Positions 55,374 through 64,000 of a DNA stretch of 64,000 nt are shown in pieces (positions within the stretch are counted from its first letter, which is position 1; every line of letters starts with the position of its first letter). The DNA comes from Dehalococcoidia bacterium (GTDB lineage Bacteria; Chloroflexota; Dehalococcoidia; Lucifugimonadales; UBA3495): positions 600,990 through 664,989 of the forward strand of contig CBDBDE010000002.1 in assembly GCA_965203675.1 (NCBI GenBank). Reading direction: 5' to 3'. The position numbers and the translations under genes were made by a program. Under the pieces are notes generated by a model. The model did no database searches. It saw nothing but the letters and a program-made list of their open reading frames with translations, and had not been told where the DNA came from.

Positions 55374-56372
55374 ATGCTTACAACCATCGCGGCGGGCCGC
55401 GTAATCAACTTCAGCCACTGCTTAGGGATGTACTCCATGGGCGGCCTGGGTTTCTGGGACCCGGTGGACTTCGCCTTCGGCGCCGACGACCGGCTGTACG
55501 TGGTCAACCGGGGCGCTGAGGAATTGGGACAGCGGGTCAGCATCTGCACCCGGGACCATGAGTTCATCTCTCAATTCGGCTCCTTTGGATACGGAGACGG
55601 ACAGTTCATCTGGCCGTCATCCCTGGACATCGACGGCGACGGCAACGTCTACGTTTCCGACGAGAACCTGCACCGCATCAACATCTACGACGCCGGCGGG
55701 CAGTTCCTGTCCAGGTGGGGCGAGGCCGGGTCCGGGGAAGGCCAGCTTCAGGGCCCCTCCGGCGTGGCAGTTGCCCCGGACGGCAATGTCTACGTCGTAG
55801 AGAGCGGAAACAACCGCATCCAGAAGTTCACCAGGGATGGGGAGTTCCTCGGCGGATGGGGCGAAGCCGGTGACGGCCGTGGCCAGTTCAACATGCCCTG
55901 GGGCATCGCCATGGACCAATCTGGCAACGTCTACGTGGCGGACTGGAAGAACAGCCGAGTCCGGAAGTTCAGTGCCAACGGGCTTTTCCTGGCCTCCTTC
56001 CAGGCCGATGCTCAGGGACTGGGGGAGCTTAACCGTCCCACCAGCGTTGCAGTGGACAGCGACGGCGACGTTTACGTAACTGACTGGGGCAGCCACGTCG
56101 TGCAGATTTATGCGCCGGATGGGTCATTCATCACCTCCCTGGTCGGCGACGCCCAGGAGCCCTCGCCCTGGACCCAGACATACCTGGACGCCAACCCGGA
56201 GATCCTGAAGCAGCGGCGCCGGGTTGACCTGACCCCGGAGTGGCGGTTCCGCCGTCCCGTGGCCATCAACGTAGATGAGCAGGACAACATCTACGTCCTG
56301 GAGTCGGTGCGGCACCGCTTTCAGATCTACCAGAAGGAAAAGGACTACGAGGAAGCGGCCCTTAACCTGTAG
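55374..56372 (+). CDS. NHL-repeat beta-propeller protein (cassette A)
   Basis: Six blades of 'G.G.GQF..P.G(I/V)A.D..GN(I/V)YV.D..N.R(I/V)QKF', e.g. 'GNVYVVESGNNRIQKF' and 'GNVYVADWKNSRVRKF'. Confidence 0.8.
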   Translation: MLTTIAAGRVINFSHCLGMYSMGGLGFWDPVDFAFGADDRLYVVNRGAEELGQRVSICTRDHEFISQFGSFGYGDGQFIWPSSLDIDGDGNVYVSDENLHRINIYDAGGQFLSRWGEAGSGEGQLQGPSGVAVAPDGNVYVVESGNNRIQKFTRDGEFLGGWGEAGDGRGQFNMPWGIAMDQSGNVYVADWKNSRVRKFSANGLFLASFQADAQGLGELNRPTSVAVDSDGDVYVTDWGSHVVQIYAPDGSFITSLVGDAQEPSPWTQTYLDANPEILKQRRRVDLTPEWRFRRPVAINVDEQDNIYVLESVRHRFQIYQKEKDYEEAALNL

Positions 56373-56419
56373 TCTAGGCTCGAATCCCGCAACGGCGGCA
56401 ACCCATCATCGGAGTTTTC

Positions 56420-57592
56420 ATGTCTTTGGAATTTGGCGTTTTCGACCACATCGAACCCGTCCCTGGCCTGCCACTGGACGAGATTTACCGTCTAAGGCTG
56501 AAACAACTGGAGCGGCTGGACTCGGCCGGGTTCTACTCCTACCACTTGGCGGAGCACCACACTCCGGCAGTCCACAGCCTGGCCCCGTCGCAGAACATAT
56601 TTCTGGCGGCGGCGGCCCAGCGCACCAGCCGCATCCACTTGGGGCCGTGTATCTACGTCCTGCCCCTGCATCACCCGCTGCGACTCATCGAAGAAATCTG
56701 TATGCTGGACAACCTGTGCGACGGTCGGATGGAGATTGGCGTCGGCCGTGGCGGAGTCCTGGAAGCCTACTTCTGGGGGCAGGAGTCCGACGTCGAGATC
56801 AACTTCGCCCGTTACCGGGAGAACCTGGATATCATCCAGTACGGTCTGAGCCACGAGGAACTGGACTACGATGGGGAGTTCTTCAAGTTCGAGAGGCTTC
56901 CCATGCGGCTGCGTCCCAAGCAGACACCCTATCCGCCCTTCTGGTACATGAGGAACGTGGAGACCGCGGCGATGGATGGGATGAACACCATCATCGTCGG
57001 CGGACTGGACAGCTTCGAGGCCAACGTCCGCAGATACAAGGAGCTTTGGGAGGAGTACCAGGGCAAGGGCGCACTGACCCTCCAGGGTACCAAGCCCAAG
57101 ATTAGCCTGGTGAACCACCTGGTCCTGGCGGAGACGGACGAGGAAGCCCGCCGCATCGGCGAGCCGGCCTGGGATCACTACAAGTGGAACCTGGGAACGC
57201 CGCGCCGCCTGGAGGCGGAGAGCCGGGGGCTGACCCAGTTCCTGGTGCCCAATGACCAGATGCGTCCCCGGGGCGCGCCGGACCGGGAGGCCCGCCGCGA
57301 CCTCTACTGGGAAATGGAGCAGCGTTCCGAGGAACAGCAGCGGCGGCGCCAGGCCCCCGGCGGTCTGGGAGGTGTGGCCGGACAGGGCGCCGGTTTCGGA
57401 GTCATCGCCGGCTCACCGGCCAGCGTGCGCGAGTACATGGATGAGTACGTCAGCACCGGGGCCAACTACTTCGTCTGCTCCTTCCAGTGGGGCGACCTGA
57501 CCCACGAACAGGCCATGCAGTCCCTGGAGCTGTTCGTCCAGGAGATAATGCCCCACTACTCCGGGACGGTTGAGGTAGCCGCCTCAGTCTGA
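56420..57592 (+). CDS. LLM-class flavin-dependent oxidoreductase (cassette A)
   Basis: 'AGFYSYHLAEHHTPAVHSLAPS...QRTSRIHLGPCIYVLPLHHPLRLIEEICMLDNLCDGRMEIGVGRG'. Confidence 0.85.
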   Translation: MSLEFGVFDHIEPVPGLPLDEIYRLRLKQLERLDSAGFYSYHLAEHHTPAVHSLAPSQNIFLAAAAQRTSRIHLGPCIYVLPLHHPLRLIEEICMLDNLCDGRMEIGVGRGGVLEAYFWGQESDVEINFARYRENLDIIQYGLSHEELDYDGEFFKFERLPMRLRPKQTPYPPFWYMRNVETAAMDGMNTIIVGGLDSFEANVRRYKELWEEYQGKGALTLQGTKPKISLVNHLVLAETDEEARRIGEPAWDHYKWNLGTPRRLEAESRGLTQFLVPNDQMRPRGAPDREARRDLYWEMEQRSEEQQRRRQAPGGLGGVAGQGAGFGVIAGSPASVREYMDEYVSTGANYFVCSFQWGDLTHEQAMQSLELFVQEIMPHYSGTVEVAASV

Positions 57593-57631
57593 GCGGTCGT
57601 ACCCGATAACCCGGTCCAGCCAGAGAAGGGG

Positions 57632-57680
57632 GACGGGCAGGCCCAGCTTGTTGCCTGGAGCCTGCCCGTCCTTCTTCTGC
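57632..57680. terminator. Hairpin between convergent genes (candidate bidirectional terminator)
   Basis: 11-bp stem gacgggcaggc/gcctgcccgtc with a 17-nt loop, followed by a cttcttct tract. Confidence 0.5.
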
Positions 57681-57686
57681 TGGGAG

Positions 57687-58025
57687 TTATTCCTCCGACG
57701 GCCTTATCTGGAGGGTGACGTTGTATCCGTCCGGGTAAGTGGTGGTGTGGCCCTGCCCCGTGGTGTCCTCGATCAGCCGCACGTCCCCCACCTCGAAGGT
57801 GTGCGACGTCCCGTCGGCCAGCCCGATGATCGTCCTTCCCACCAGTCCCACCTGCCAGCGTCTGAAGGGAGCGGGATGGTAGTCGGAGAAATGCCCCGGC
57901 TCCCGCTGGGACACGGCGAAGCTCATCCTCGCTCCCTCGACCCGGATCTCCTTCAGGGCATCCTCGGCCAATTCCTCAATGTGGCTCTTGCCGTCGTCGC
58001 CGGAATAAAGGCGGTAAACTCCCAT
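57687..58025 (-). CDS. Small cupin-like protein (tentative)
   Basis: 112 aa from ATG 58025 (GGAGAAG RBS). 'GDVRLIEDTTGQGHTT' resembles a cupin-type beta-barrel family. Confidence 0.45.
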   Translation of the reverse strand: MGVYRLYSGDDGKSHIEELAEDALKEIRVEGARMSFAVSQREPGHFSDYHPAPFRRWQVGLVGRTIIGLADGTSHTFEVGDVRLIEDTTGQGHTTTYPDGYNVTLQIRPSEE

Positions 58026-58371
58026 GATGCTTCTCCACGCGGTGTTTTCCCGGGTTTCACCGACCCGGCGGGGCTGTTTAGCATACCGGGAAGGGATGGC
58101 TGTCGCATTTGGATTTGGCAGGCGGCGCGGGACCCGGTGTGGAGCCGTCGCCCCATGCACCCTGTTCCCCTGGGATTGCTGACAGCAGCCCGTTGACGCC
58201 AGGCCCGGAGCAGGGTAGCGTAAATAATGTTGGACAAGATCATCCCTGCCTCTACTCGTCTTCCTCTAGTCCGTATGGCGTATCATCAGTTTTCACTGTC
58301 CTTCTTTGGGACGGCGACCCGGCCGCTGGGCCCGCCTGGTTTATCGGAATGGTTCCTGGGTACTTGCCGGA

Positions 58372-58512
58372 ATGTCTCGAAAATGTCCCAAAATGTCTCA
58401 CCATGTCCCAATTCCCGTCCCGATATGTCCCGTAGGCGGCACCAAAAAGCCTCCAAATGGCACTGAAATCACAGGAATTCAGGGGATTTACGCACAAAAC
58501 GGCCAAATGTCC
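58372..58512 (+). repeat. Phased ATGTC(C/T) word array, 6 copies on one strand
   Basis: Copies start at 58372, 58383, 58393, 58403 and 58425 (steps of 11, 10, 10 and 22 bp), plus one at 58507. AT-rich divergent intergenic region upstream of DUF1800 cassette B. Confidence 0.85.
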
Positions 58513-58740
58513 CACAAGTAAATTTTCCTCAGTTTCCCTTGGTGCGATAACCCTGGCCCGGGAGGCATTCCGGTCGGCCACCCTTCCGCGGTTGAACCCG
58601 TATTTCTGCTGGACTGAGAAGGGGCAATCGTGTACCATTTGGGGCAACATCGGGGAGTCCGGGTTTCGTAAACTTGGGCTCGTTCCGGGGAACATTTCAA
58701 GCGTCCCGGGGCGTTTGGCTCCGGGGAAAGGACAGAGAAT

Positions 58741-60150
58741 ATGCCCGGTGGTGAAGACCTGGCCTTGATGGCCCACCTGATGCGCCGCGCCGGGTTCGGC
58801 GCCAACCGCGACGAACTGGAAAGAAGGCTGGCCAAGGGATACGAAGCCACGGTGGAGGAACTGCTCAACCCGGAGCAGCAGCCGCCCTTCGACGACGACC
58901 TGGCCTACCGCTACATTCCCTACTACCGCATGGGGACGGGTGTCCCCTCCTACCAGACCTACTGGATGTACCGCATGGTGGCGACCCAGCGGCCGCTGGA
59001 AGAGAAGATGACCCTGTTCTGGCACCACATCTTCGCCACCAGCCACTCCAAGATGAACCGCAACCCGCAGATGAACCAGCAGCTGCAGCTTTTCCGCGGG
59101 TTCGCCCTGGGCAGCTTCCGCACCATCCTTATCGAGCTGTCCAAGGACCCGGCCATGATCTACTGGCTCGACAACAACGAGAACCACAACGGCGCTCCCA
59201 ACGAGAACTACGGCCGGGAGCTGCTGGAGTTGTTCTCCATGGGCGTCGGCAAGGACATGGAGTTCAACTACTCCGAGGACGATGTCAAGGAGTGCGCCCG
59301 GGCCTTCACCGGCTGGACGATGGCACCCCAGCTGCCGCGCTATCCCTATGGCGACTACTGCTGGCAGTTCGAGTACCGTTCCGATGACCATGACCACGGC
59401 GAGAAGACCTTCCTTGGCGAGAGTGGGCGGTTCAACGGCGAGGATGTCGTTGACATCATCGTCCGCCAGCCGGCCACCGCCCGGTTCGTGGCCCGCCACT
59501 TGTACAACTTCTTCGTCGCCGACGAGCCCCAGGTGCCGGCTTGGCAGACCACGCCGCCCCAGGATATGGACGCCATCCAGGCCCTGGAGGACGAGTACTT
59601 CCGCTCGAACGGAGACATCCGCTGTATGCTGCGGGTGCTGTTTAACTCGGACTTCTTCAAGGAAGCCCGCTATAAGAAAGTCAAGAGCCCGGCGGAGTTG
59701 GTGGCCGGCGTGATGCGCTTGGTGGACGACTACACGTCGCCCAAGCCCAACAGCCACGAGATCACCTTCGCCTCCGCCTATATGGGACAGGACCTGCTCA
59801 ACCCGCCGACCGTCGAAGGCTGGCACACCGGCCGCGAGTGGATCGACAGCGGCGCCCTGGTGGAGCGGGTTAACTTCGCCGCCGACCGGGTGGGCAACAT
59901 CGACAACCCCGGCGTCCGGCGGATGGTTGACCGCCTGCGGCCCGAAGCCGAGACCCTGACCGCCGAGGAGCTGGTGGACGCCTGCCTGGACCTGGCCGGT
60001 CCGGTGGTGGTTTCCGACGACCGGCGGGCGGAGCTGGTGGCCCACGTCCAGCGGGACCAGGCCGCCAAGCCCGGGGGTGACGCCTTCGAGCAGCGGGTTA
60101 CCGGCCTGCTCCGGCTCATCGTATCTTCCCGCGAATACCAGTTCGCGTAG
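58741..60150 (+). CDS. DUF1800 domain-containing protein (cassette B)
   Basis: Alignable along its full length with 52093-53496. Shared runs include 'LMAHLMRRAGFGA', 'PAMIYWLDNN', 'GRELLELFSMGVG' and 'IIVRQPATARF'. Confidence 0.8.
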   Translation: MPGGEDLALMAHLMRRAGFGANRDELERRLAKGYEATVEELLNPEQQPPFDDDLAYRYIPYYRMGTGVPSYQTYWMYRMVATQRPLEEKMTLFWHHIFATSHSKMNRNPQMNQQLQLFRGFALGSFRTILIELSKDPAMIYWLDNNENHNGAPNENYGRELLELFSMGVGKDMEFNYSEDDVKECARAFTGWTMAPQLPRYPYGDYCWQFEYRSDDHDHGEKTFLGESGRFNGEDVVDIIVRQPATARFVARHLYNFFVADEPQVPAWQTTPPQDMDAIQALEDEYFRSNGDIRCMLRVLFNSDFFKEARYKKVKSPAELVAGVMRLVDDYTSPKPNSHEITFASAYMGQDLLNPPTVEGWHTGREWIDSGALVERVNFAADRVGNIDNPGVRRMVDRLRPEAETLTAEELVDACLDLAGPVVVSDDRRAELVAHVQRDQAAKPGGDAFEQRVTGLLRLIVSSREYQFA

Positions 60151-60162
60151 GGAGGTGACAGC

Positions 60163-61152
60163 GTGACTTCGACTGCAACCAGGACGCCAACCTATCGTTA
60201 TAGCTACACCATCGGCAACCAGGCTACGCCGCCGGCTCACGGCTTTTCCGGCCCGGTCAGTGTCGCCTGCGCCGGTGACGGCCTGCTGTACGTGATGTGC
60301 AGCTACTACGAGTACCAGCCCGCCTGGAAGTTCGTCGCCAAGTGCAACATGGACGAGGACTACCTGGGTGCCTTCGGTTCCTACGGGGCGGGCGATGGCC
60401 AGTTCACTTGGCCCAACACCGTCGCCGTTGACCGCACCGGCCTGGTCTACGTTTCCGACGAATGGCTCCAGCGCATCTCTGTCTTCGACGGGGACGGGCA
60501 GTTCATCAGGAAAATGGAGCAGCAAGGATTCTCCGACGGCCAGTGGGACCGGCCCGCCGGGATCATCTTCGATGCCGACGATAACATGCTGGTGGTGGAC
60601 AGCCTGAACAGCCGCGTTCAGAAACTCACCAAGGACGGCGAGTTCATCAGCAAGTTCGGGGAGTTCGGAGATGGCGAAGGCCAGTTCAACACTCCCTGGG
60701 GCATCAACCTGGACCGGGACGGCAACATCTACGTTGCCGACTGGCGCAACGACCGCATCCAGAAGTTCGACCCCGAGGGCCGCTTCCTCCAGCAGTTCGG
60801 CGGTCCCGGGGACGGGGAAGGCGGCCTGCGCCGTCCCAGCGGCGTGGCGGTGGACTCCCAGGGCTACGTTTACGTCTCCGACTGGGGCCACGACATCGTG
60901 CAGGTCTTCGACCCCCAGGGCGCATACGTAACCAGGTTCATCGGCGACTGCCACGGCTACTCCAAGTGGGCCGTAGCCCGCATGGCCTCCGACCCGGAGG
61001 GCATGTCCAAGGAGCGGGCGGTGGTCAAGGACTTCACCGTCGAGCGCGTGTTCTTCCAGCCAACCACGGTAAGAGTTGACGACCAGGACCGCATCCTGGT
61101 CGTGGATACCGGGCGGCACCGCATCCAGATTTACGAGCGGGTCCCCGAATAG
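60163..61152 (+). CDS. NHL-repeat beta-propeller protein (cassette B)
   Basis: GTG start after GGGAGG. Blades include 'GLVYVSDEWLQRISVF', 'NMLVVDSLNSRVQKL', 'GNIYVADWRNDRIQKF', 'GYVYVSDWGHDIVQVF'. Confidence 0.8.
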   Translation: MTSTATRTPTYRYSYTIGNQATPPAHGFSGPVSVACAGDGLLYVMCSYYEYQPAWKFVAKCNMDEDYLGAFGSYGAGDGQFTWPNTVAVDRTGLVYVSDEWLQRISVFDGDGQFIRKMEQQGFSDGQWDRPAGIIFDADDNMLVVDSLNSRVQKLTKDGEFISKFGEFGDGEGQFNTPWGINLDRDGNIYVADWRNDRIQKFDPEGRFLQQFGGPGDGEGGLRRPSGVAVDSQGYVYVSDWGHDIVQVFDPQGAYVTRFIGDCHGYSKWAVARMASDPEGMSKERAVVKDFTVERVFFQPTTVRVDDQDRILVVDTGRHRIQIYERVPE

Positions 61153-61216
61153 CGTCTCCCGGACCACCAGCGCTGGCCGCCAGGCCGCGACTCTCACAAC
61201 AAGAGGAGCAAACAAC

Positions 61217-62344
61217 ATGACCTCAACCCACAAGGACCCGATCCTGGTAGTCATCCAGCTCACCGGTGGCAACGACTACCTGAACACGCTGATTCCCTAC
61301 GGTGACCCGCTGTACTACGACAACCGCAGCAACGTGGCCATCCCAGCCGAGGAAGTGCTCCCGCTGGACGGCCATTTCGGGTTTCACCCTGCAGCGGCCC
61401 CCATCAAGGGCCTGTACGACCAGGGCAAGGTAGCCATCATTAACGGCGTCGGCTACCCCAACCCTAACCGGTCCCACTTCCGCTCCATGGACATCTGGCA
61501 CACCTGCGAGCCGGACAAGGTCGGCACCGAGGGCTGGCTGGGACGGGTCATCCGAGACCTGGACCCCAAGGCGGAGAACGTGCTGACCGGCGTTAACTTC
61601 GGACGCGGCCTTCCCCGGGCCCTGGCCCTCTCCGGCGTTCCTGTTGCCTCCGTCGCCGTCTTGGAGACCTACGGCGTCCTGACAGGCATCAGCGAGGAGC
61701 CGGACCGGAGCGAGGCGCTAGACGTCTTTGCCCGCATGTACGCCCCGACGCTGGGCAGCGGTCCGGTGATGGAGTACTTGGGGCAGACCGGGCTGGACGC
61801 GCTCAAGGGAGCGGACATCCTGAAGACGGCCCCGGAAAAGTACAACACCGAGATCGAGTACGCCGACTCCCCCATCGGGCGCAACCTGCAGGGCATCTCC
61901 AAGGTCCTGACCGCCGGCCTGGGCACCCGCATCTTCTACACCCAGCACGGCGGCTATGACACCCACGCCAACCAGGGGCCGGTGCATCCCAAGCTGTGGA
62001 CCGAGCTTTCCCAGGGCGTGTCTGACTTCTACGCCGACCTCAGGGCCCACGACATGGCCGACAACGTGCTGATGTTCGTGTTCACCGAATTCGGCCGCCG
62101 GGTCCGGGACAACGGCTCCGGCACCGACCACGGCTCGGGCGGACTCGCCCTGGCCATTGGCGACCCGGTGAAAGGCGGCATGTACAGCGAGTACCCGTCC
62201 CTTAAGGACGAGGACCTGCTGGAAGGCGACCTGCACTTCAACATGGACTACCGGGGCGTCTACGGGACCATGGTAGAGAAGTGGCTGGGCCTGGACGCCA
62301 ACGCTGTCACCGGCGGCAACTTCGAGCAACTCGACTTTGTCTAG
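61217..62344 (+). CDS. DUF1501 domain-containing protein (cassette B)
   Basis: Shares 'RSHFRSMDIWHTCEPDKVGTEGW', 'GRVIRDLDP', 'YTQHGG.DTH.NQ' and 'FTEFGRRV.DNG.GTDHG' with 53569-54705. Start at ATG 61217 (GAGGAG RBS), with no leader peptide. Confidence 0.8.
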   Translation: MTSTHKDPILVVIQLTGGNDYLNTLIPYGDPLYYDNRSNVAIPAEEVLPLDGHFGFHPAAAPIKGLYDQGKVAIINGVGYPNPNRSHFRSMDIWHTCEPDKVGTEGWLGRVIRDLDPKAENVLTGVNFGRGLPRALALSGVPVASVAVLETYGVLTGISEEPDRSEALDVFARMYAPTLGSGPVMEYLGQTGLDALKGADILKTAPEKYNTEIEYADSPIGRNLQGISKVLTAGLGTRIFYTQHGGYDTHANQGPVHPKLWTELSQGVSDFYADLRAHDMADNVLMFVFTEFGRRVRDNGSGTDHGSGGLALAIGDPVKGGMYSEYPSLKDEDLLEGDLHFNMDYRGVYGTMVEKWLGLDANAVTGGNFEQLDFV

Positions 62345-62465
62345 ACCAGTCCCCCTATTGAGAAATACGGTCAAGACACCGGGGCGCACCCGACGAGGTG
62401 TGCCCCTTCTTTCTCCCCGCAAAGCGTCCCAACGTGCCAGCCCTATGTAAGGAGCCGAACCACCC

Positions 62466-63821
62466 TTGTCCCAACGCAACCCCAAGCAGATGGTTCTGGT
62501 GGGATTCATTCAGGCTTCCAACTGTTCCAACTACCCGGGTTCCTGGCGGCACCGGGACGGGTCCGGCGATTTTTTGCTCCCGGGGTACTACCAGCACATC
62601 GCTCAGACGCTGGAAAAGGGCAAGTTCCACCTGGCCTTCGTGGACGACCGGCTGGCCATGCCCGACCGCTACGGCGACTCCATCGCGGCGACGGTGGAGC
62701 ACGGCATACGGACGGTCAAGCTGGACCTGGGACCGGTGGTCACGGCCATGGTCTTGGCTACGGAGCGTATCGGGACCGGCGCTACCTATTCCACGACCTA
62801 CCACACCCCCTTCCACGTCGCCCGCCTCTTCGCCACCCTGGACCACTTCAGCGGGGGGCGCATCGCCTGGAACGTGGTCACGTCCCTGAATGATTCGGAA
62901 GCGTTGAACTTCGGGGAGGATGCCCACCTTCCCCACGACCTGCGCTACGACCGGGCCGACGAGTTCATGGAGACCGCCTTCGGCCTGTGGGACACCTGGG
63001 GCGAGGAGGCGTTGGTCCTGGACCGGGTGGAAGGGCGGTTCGCCGATCCTTCCCGGGTGCGCCGCCTGGACCACAGCGGCGAGTGGTTCAAGTCCCGGGG
63101 CCCACTGACCGTCCCACGCTGCCCTCAGGGGCGGCCGGTAATCATCCAGGCGGGACAGAGCGGCCGCGGGCGGGAGTTCGCCGCCCGGTGGGGTGAGCTG
63201 GTGTTTGTAATCGTTCCCACCCTGGAAGCCTGCCGCGTCCACCGCATGACCATCCGGGAAAAGGCCGCCGACCAGGGCCGCGACCCGGACACGGCCATCG
63301 TATCGCCGGCGGTCTACGTAGTGGTCGACGAAACCGAAGACCGGGCGCGGGACAAGCTGGAGGCGTTGAGAGCGCTGGCCCATCCGATGGACTCGGTGGT
63401 GCTGCTGTCGGAGGTCTTCAACTACGACTTCTCAGCCCATCCGCTGGACGAGCCCCTTTCCGACGACGTGCTGGGATCGATATCCGGCCTGAGGGGTTTC
63501 CTCGACCGGGTCACGCAGCGCAGCGCCGGGGGCAACCCATCGGTGCGGGACTTCATCCGATTCAGTGGGCGGGGGACGCTGGACGAGTTGCCCACCTTCG
63601 CGGGCACTTCTGCCCAAGTGGCCGATGGCTTGGAAAAATGGTTCCGGGAGGGGGCTTGTGACGGATTCGTGCTGGCGGCTACCCACATCCCGGGCGCCTA
63701 CGAGGACTTCGTGGAGATGGTGGTCCCGGAATTGCAGCGGCGGGGATTGTTCCGCACTGGCTACCGGGGAGCGACCCTGCGGGAAAACCTGGGTCTGGAG
63801 CGGCCCGAAGCCTGGAGCTAG
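62466..63821 (+). CDS. LLM-class flavin-dependent monooxygenase, NtaA/SnaA/DszA-like subfamily (cassette B)
   Basis: 'KQMVLVGFIQASNCSNYPGSWRH', 'ATERIGTGATYSTTYHTPFHVARLFATLDHFSGGRIAWNVVTS' and 451-aa length are typical of nitrilotriacetate-monooxygenase component A relatives. TTG start is tentative. Confidence 0.8.
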   Translation: MSQRNPKQMVLVGFIQASNCSNYPGSWRHRDGSGDFLLPGYYQHIAQTLEKGKFHLAFVDDRLAMPDRYGDSIAATVEHGIRTVKLDLGPVVTAMVLATERIGTGATYSTTYHTPFHVARLFATLDHFSGGRIAWNVVTSLNDSEALNFGEDAHLPHDLRYDRADEFMETAFGLWDTWGEEALVLDRVEGRFADPSRVRRLDHSGEWFKSRGPLTVPRCPQGRPVIIQAGQSGRGREFAARWGELVFVIVPTLEACRVHRMTIREKAADQGRDPDTAIVSPAVYVVVDETEDRARDKLEALRALAHPMDSVVLLSEVFNYDFSAHPLDEPLSDDVLGSISGLRGFLDRVTQRSAGGNPSVRDFIRFSGRGTLDELPTFAGTSAQVADGLEKWFREGACDGFVLAATHIPGAYEDFVEMVVPELQRRGLFRTGYRGATLRENLGLERPEAWS

Positions 63822-64000
63822 GGAGCGGTACTCTCCCGCTGCAGGCTTTCCAGGGATTCCACCGAGACGGTGTCGGGGCCGATCAATTCCTGGAGCCGCT
63901 GGTCCAGGTCGGAGCAGTACTCGGTGCTGACCACGGGAAGCTCCATCAGCACCCGCCGCCCGCCGGTGTAGATTTCCAGGTGGACCCGGTCCTTCCCGGG
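63818..64000 (-). CDS. Partial CDS (3' end only) of unknown function running off the window
   Basis: The minus frame is open from the window edge to TAG (63818-63820): '...GKDRVHLEIYTGGRRVLMELPVVSTEYCSDLDQRLQELIGPDTVSVESLESLQRESTAP*'. Its stop overlaps the stop of the convergent LLM gene. Confidence 0.3.
   Translation of the reverse strand, partial: PGKDRVHLEIYTGGRRVLMELPVVSTEYCSDLDQRLQELIGPDTVSVESLESLQRESTAP

Noticed and set aside
58450-58470. Sigma-54-like 'TGGCAC-tgaaa-TCAC' downstream of the ATGTCC array.
   Set aside because: The -24 element fits, but the -12 element lacks the essential GC dinucleotide (TTGC). It is not a credible -24/-12 promoter.

Overview
This is a high-GC (about 65-70% by eye) bacterial chromosomal segment. 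It is dominated by oxidative and catabolic genes: four luciferase-like (LLM) flavin monooxygenases, two xanthine-dehydrogenase-family molybdopterin subunits, and Rieske, GMC, HpaB, VOC, PrpD-like, PEP-mutase-like and esterase genes. It also carries a complete phosphate module (PhoB/PhoR-like two-component system, pstS-C-A-B, phoU), a Fur/YceI/MacAB-like efflux cluster, and two paralogous DUF1800/DUF1501/NHL-propeller/LLM cassettes. The gene content resembles marine Chloroflexota (SAR202-like), but taxonomy cannot be established from this window. Several low-GC (about 43-50%) patches and mobile-element scars interrupt this backbone. (1) An intact IS630-family element has TA target duplications and an A7 -1 frameshift site. 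(2) An IS4-like element has its transposase broken by a perfect 17-bp tandem duplication. (3) A low-GC two-gene module couples an ABC/AAA_21-type ATPase to a PIN-domain protein and is grafted onto the 3' end of a selenoprotein operon. This is my best candidate for an undescribed defence or toxin system. (4) A roughly 968-aa MmeI-like (type IIG-style) N6-adenine methyltransferase sits exactly between the ATPase and permease genes of the MacAB-like operon. Its C-terminal half has sharply lower GC. Other notable points follow. An in-frame UGA gives a 'UGSC' selenoprotein that the ORF track splits. PstS is a fusion of two near-identical domains with a gene-conversion-like mismatch pattern. A Zn-ribbon/AT-hook micro-ORF lies between pstB and phoU. 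Helically phased ATGTCC word arrays occur in two distant AT-rich intergenic regions. No rRNA, tRNA or CRISPR array was found. All family calls rest on motifs read by eye; no database search was possible.
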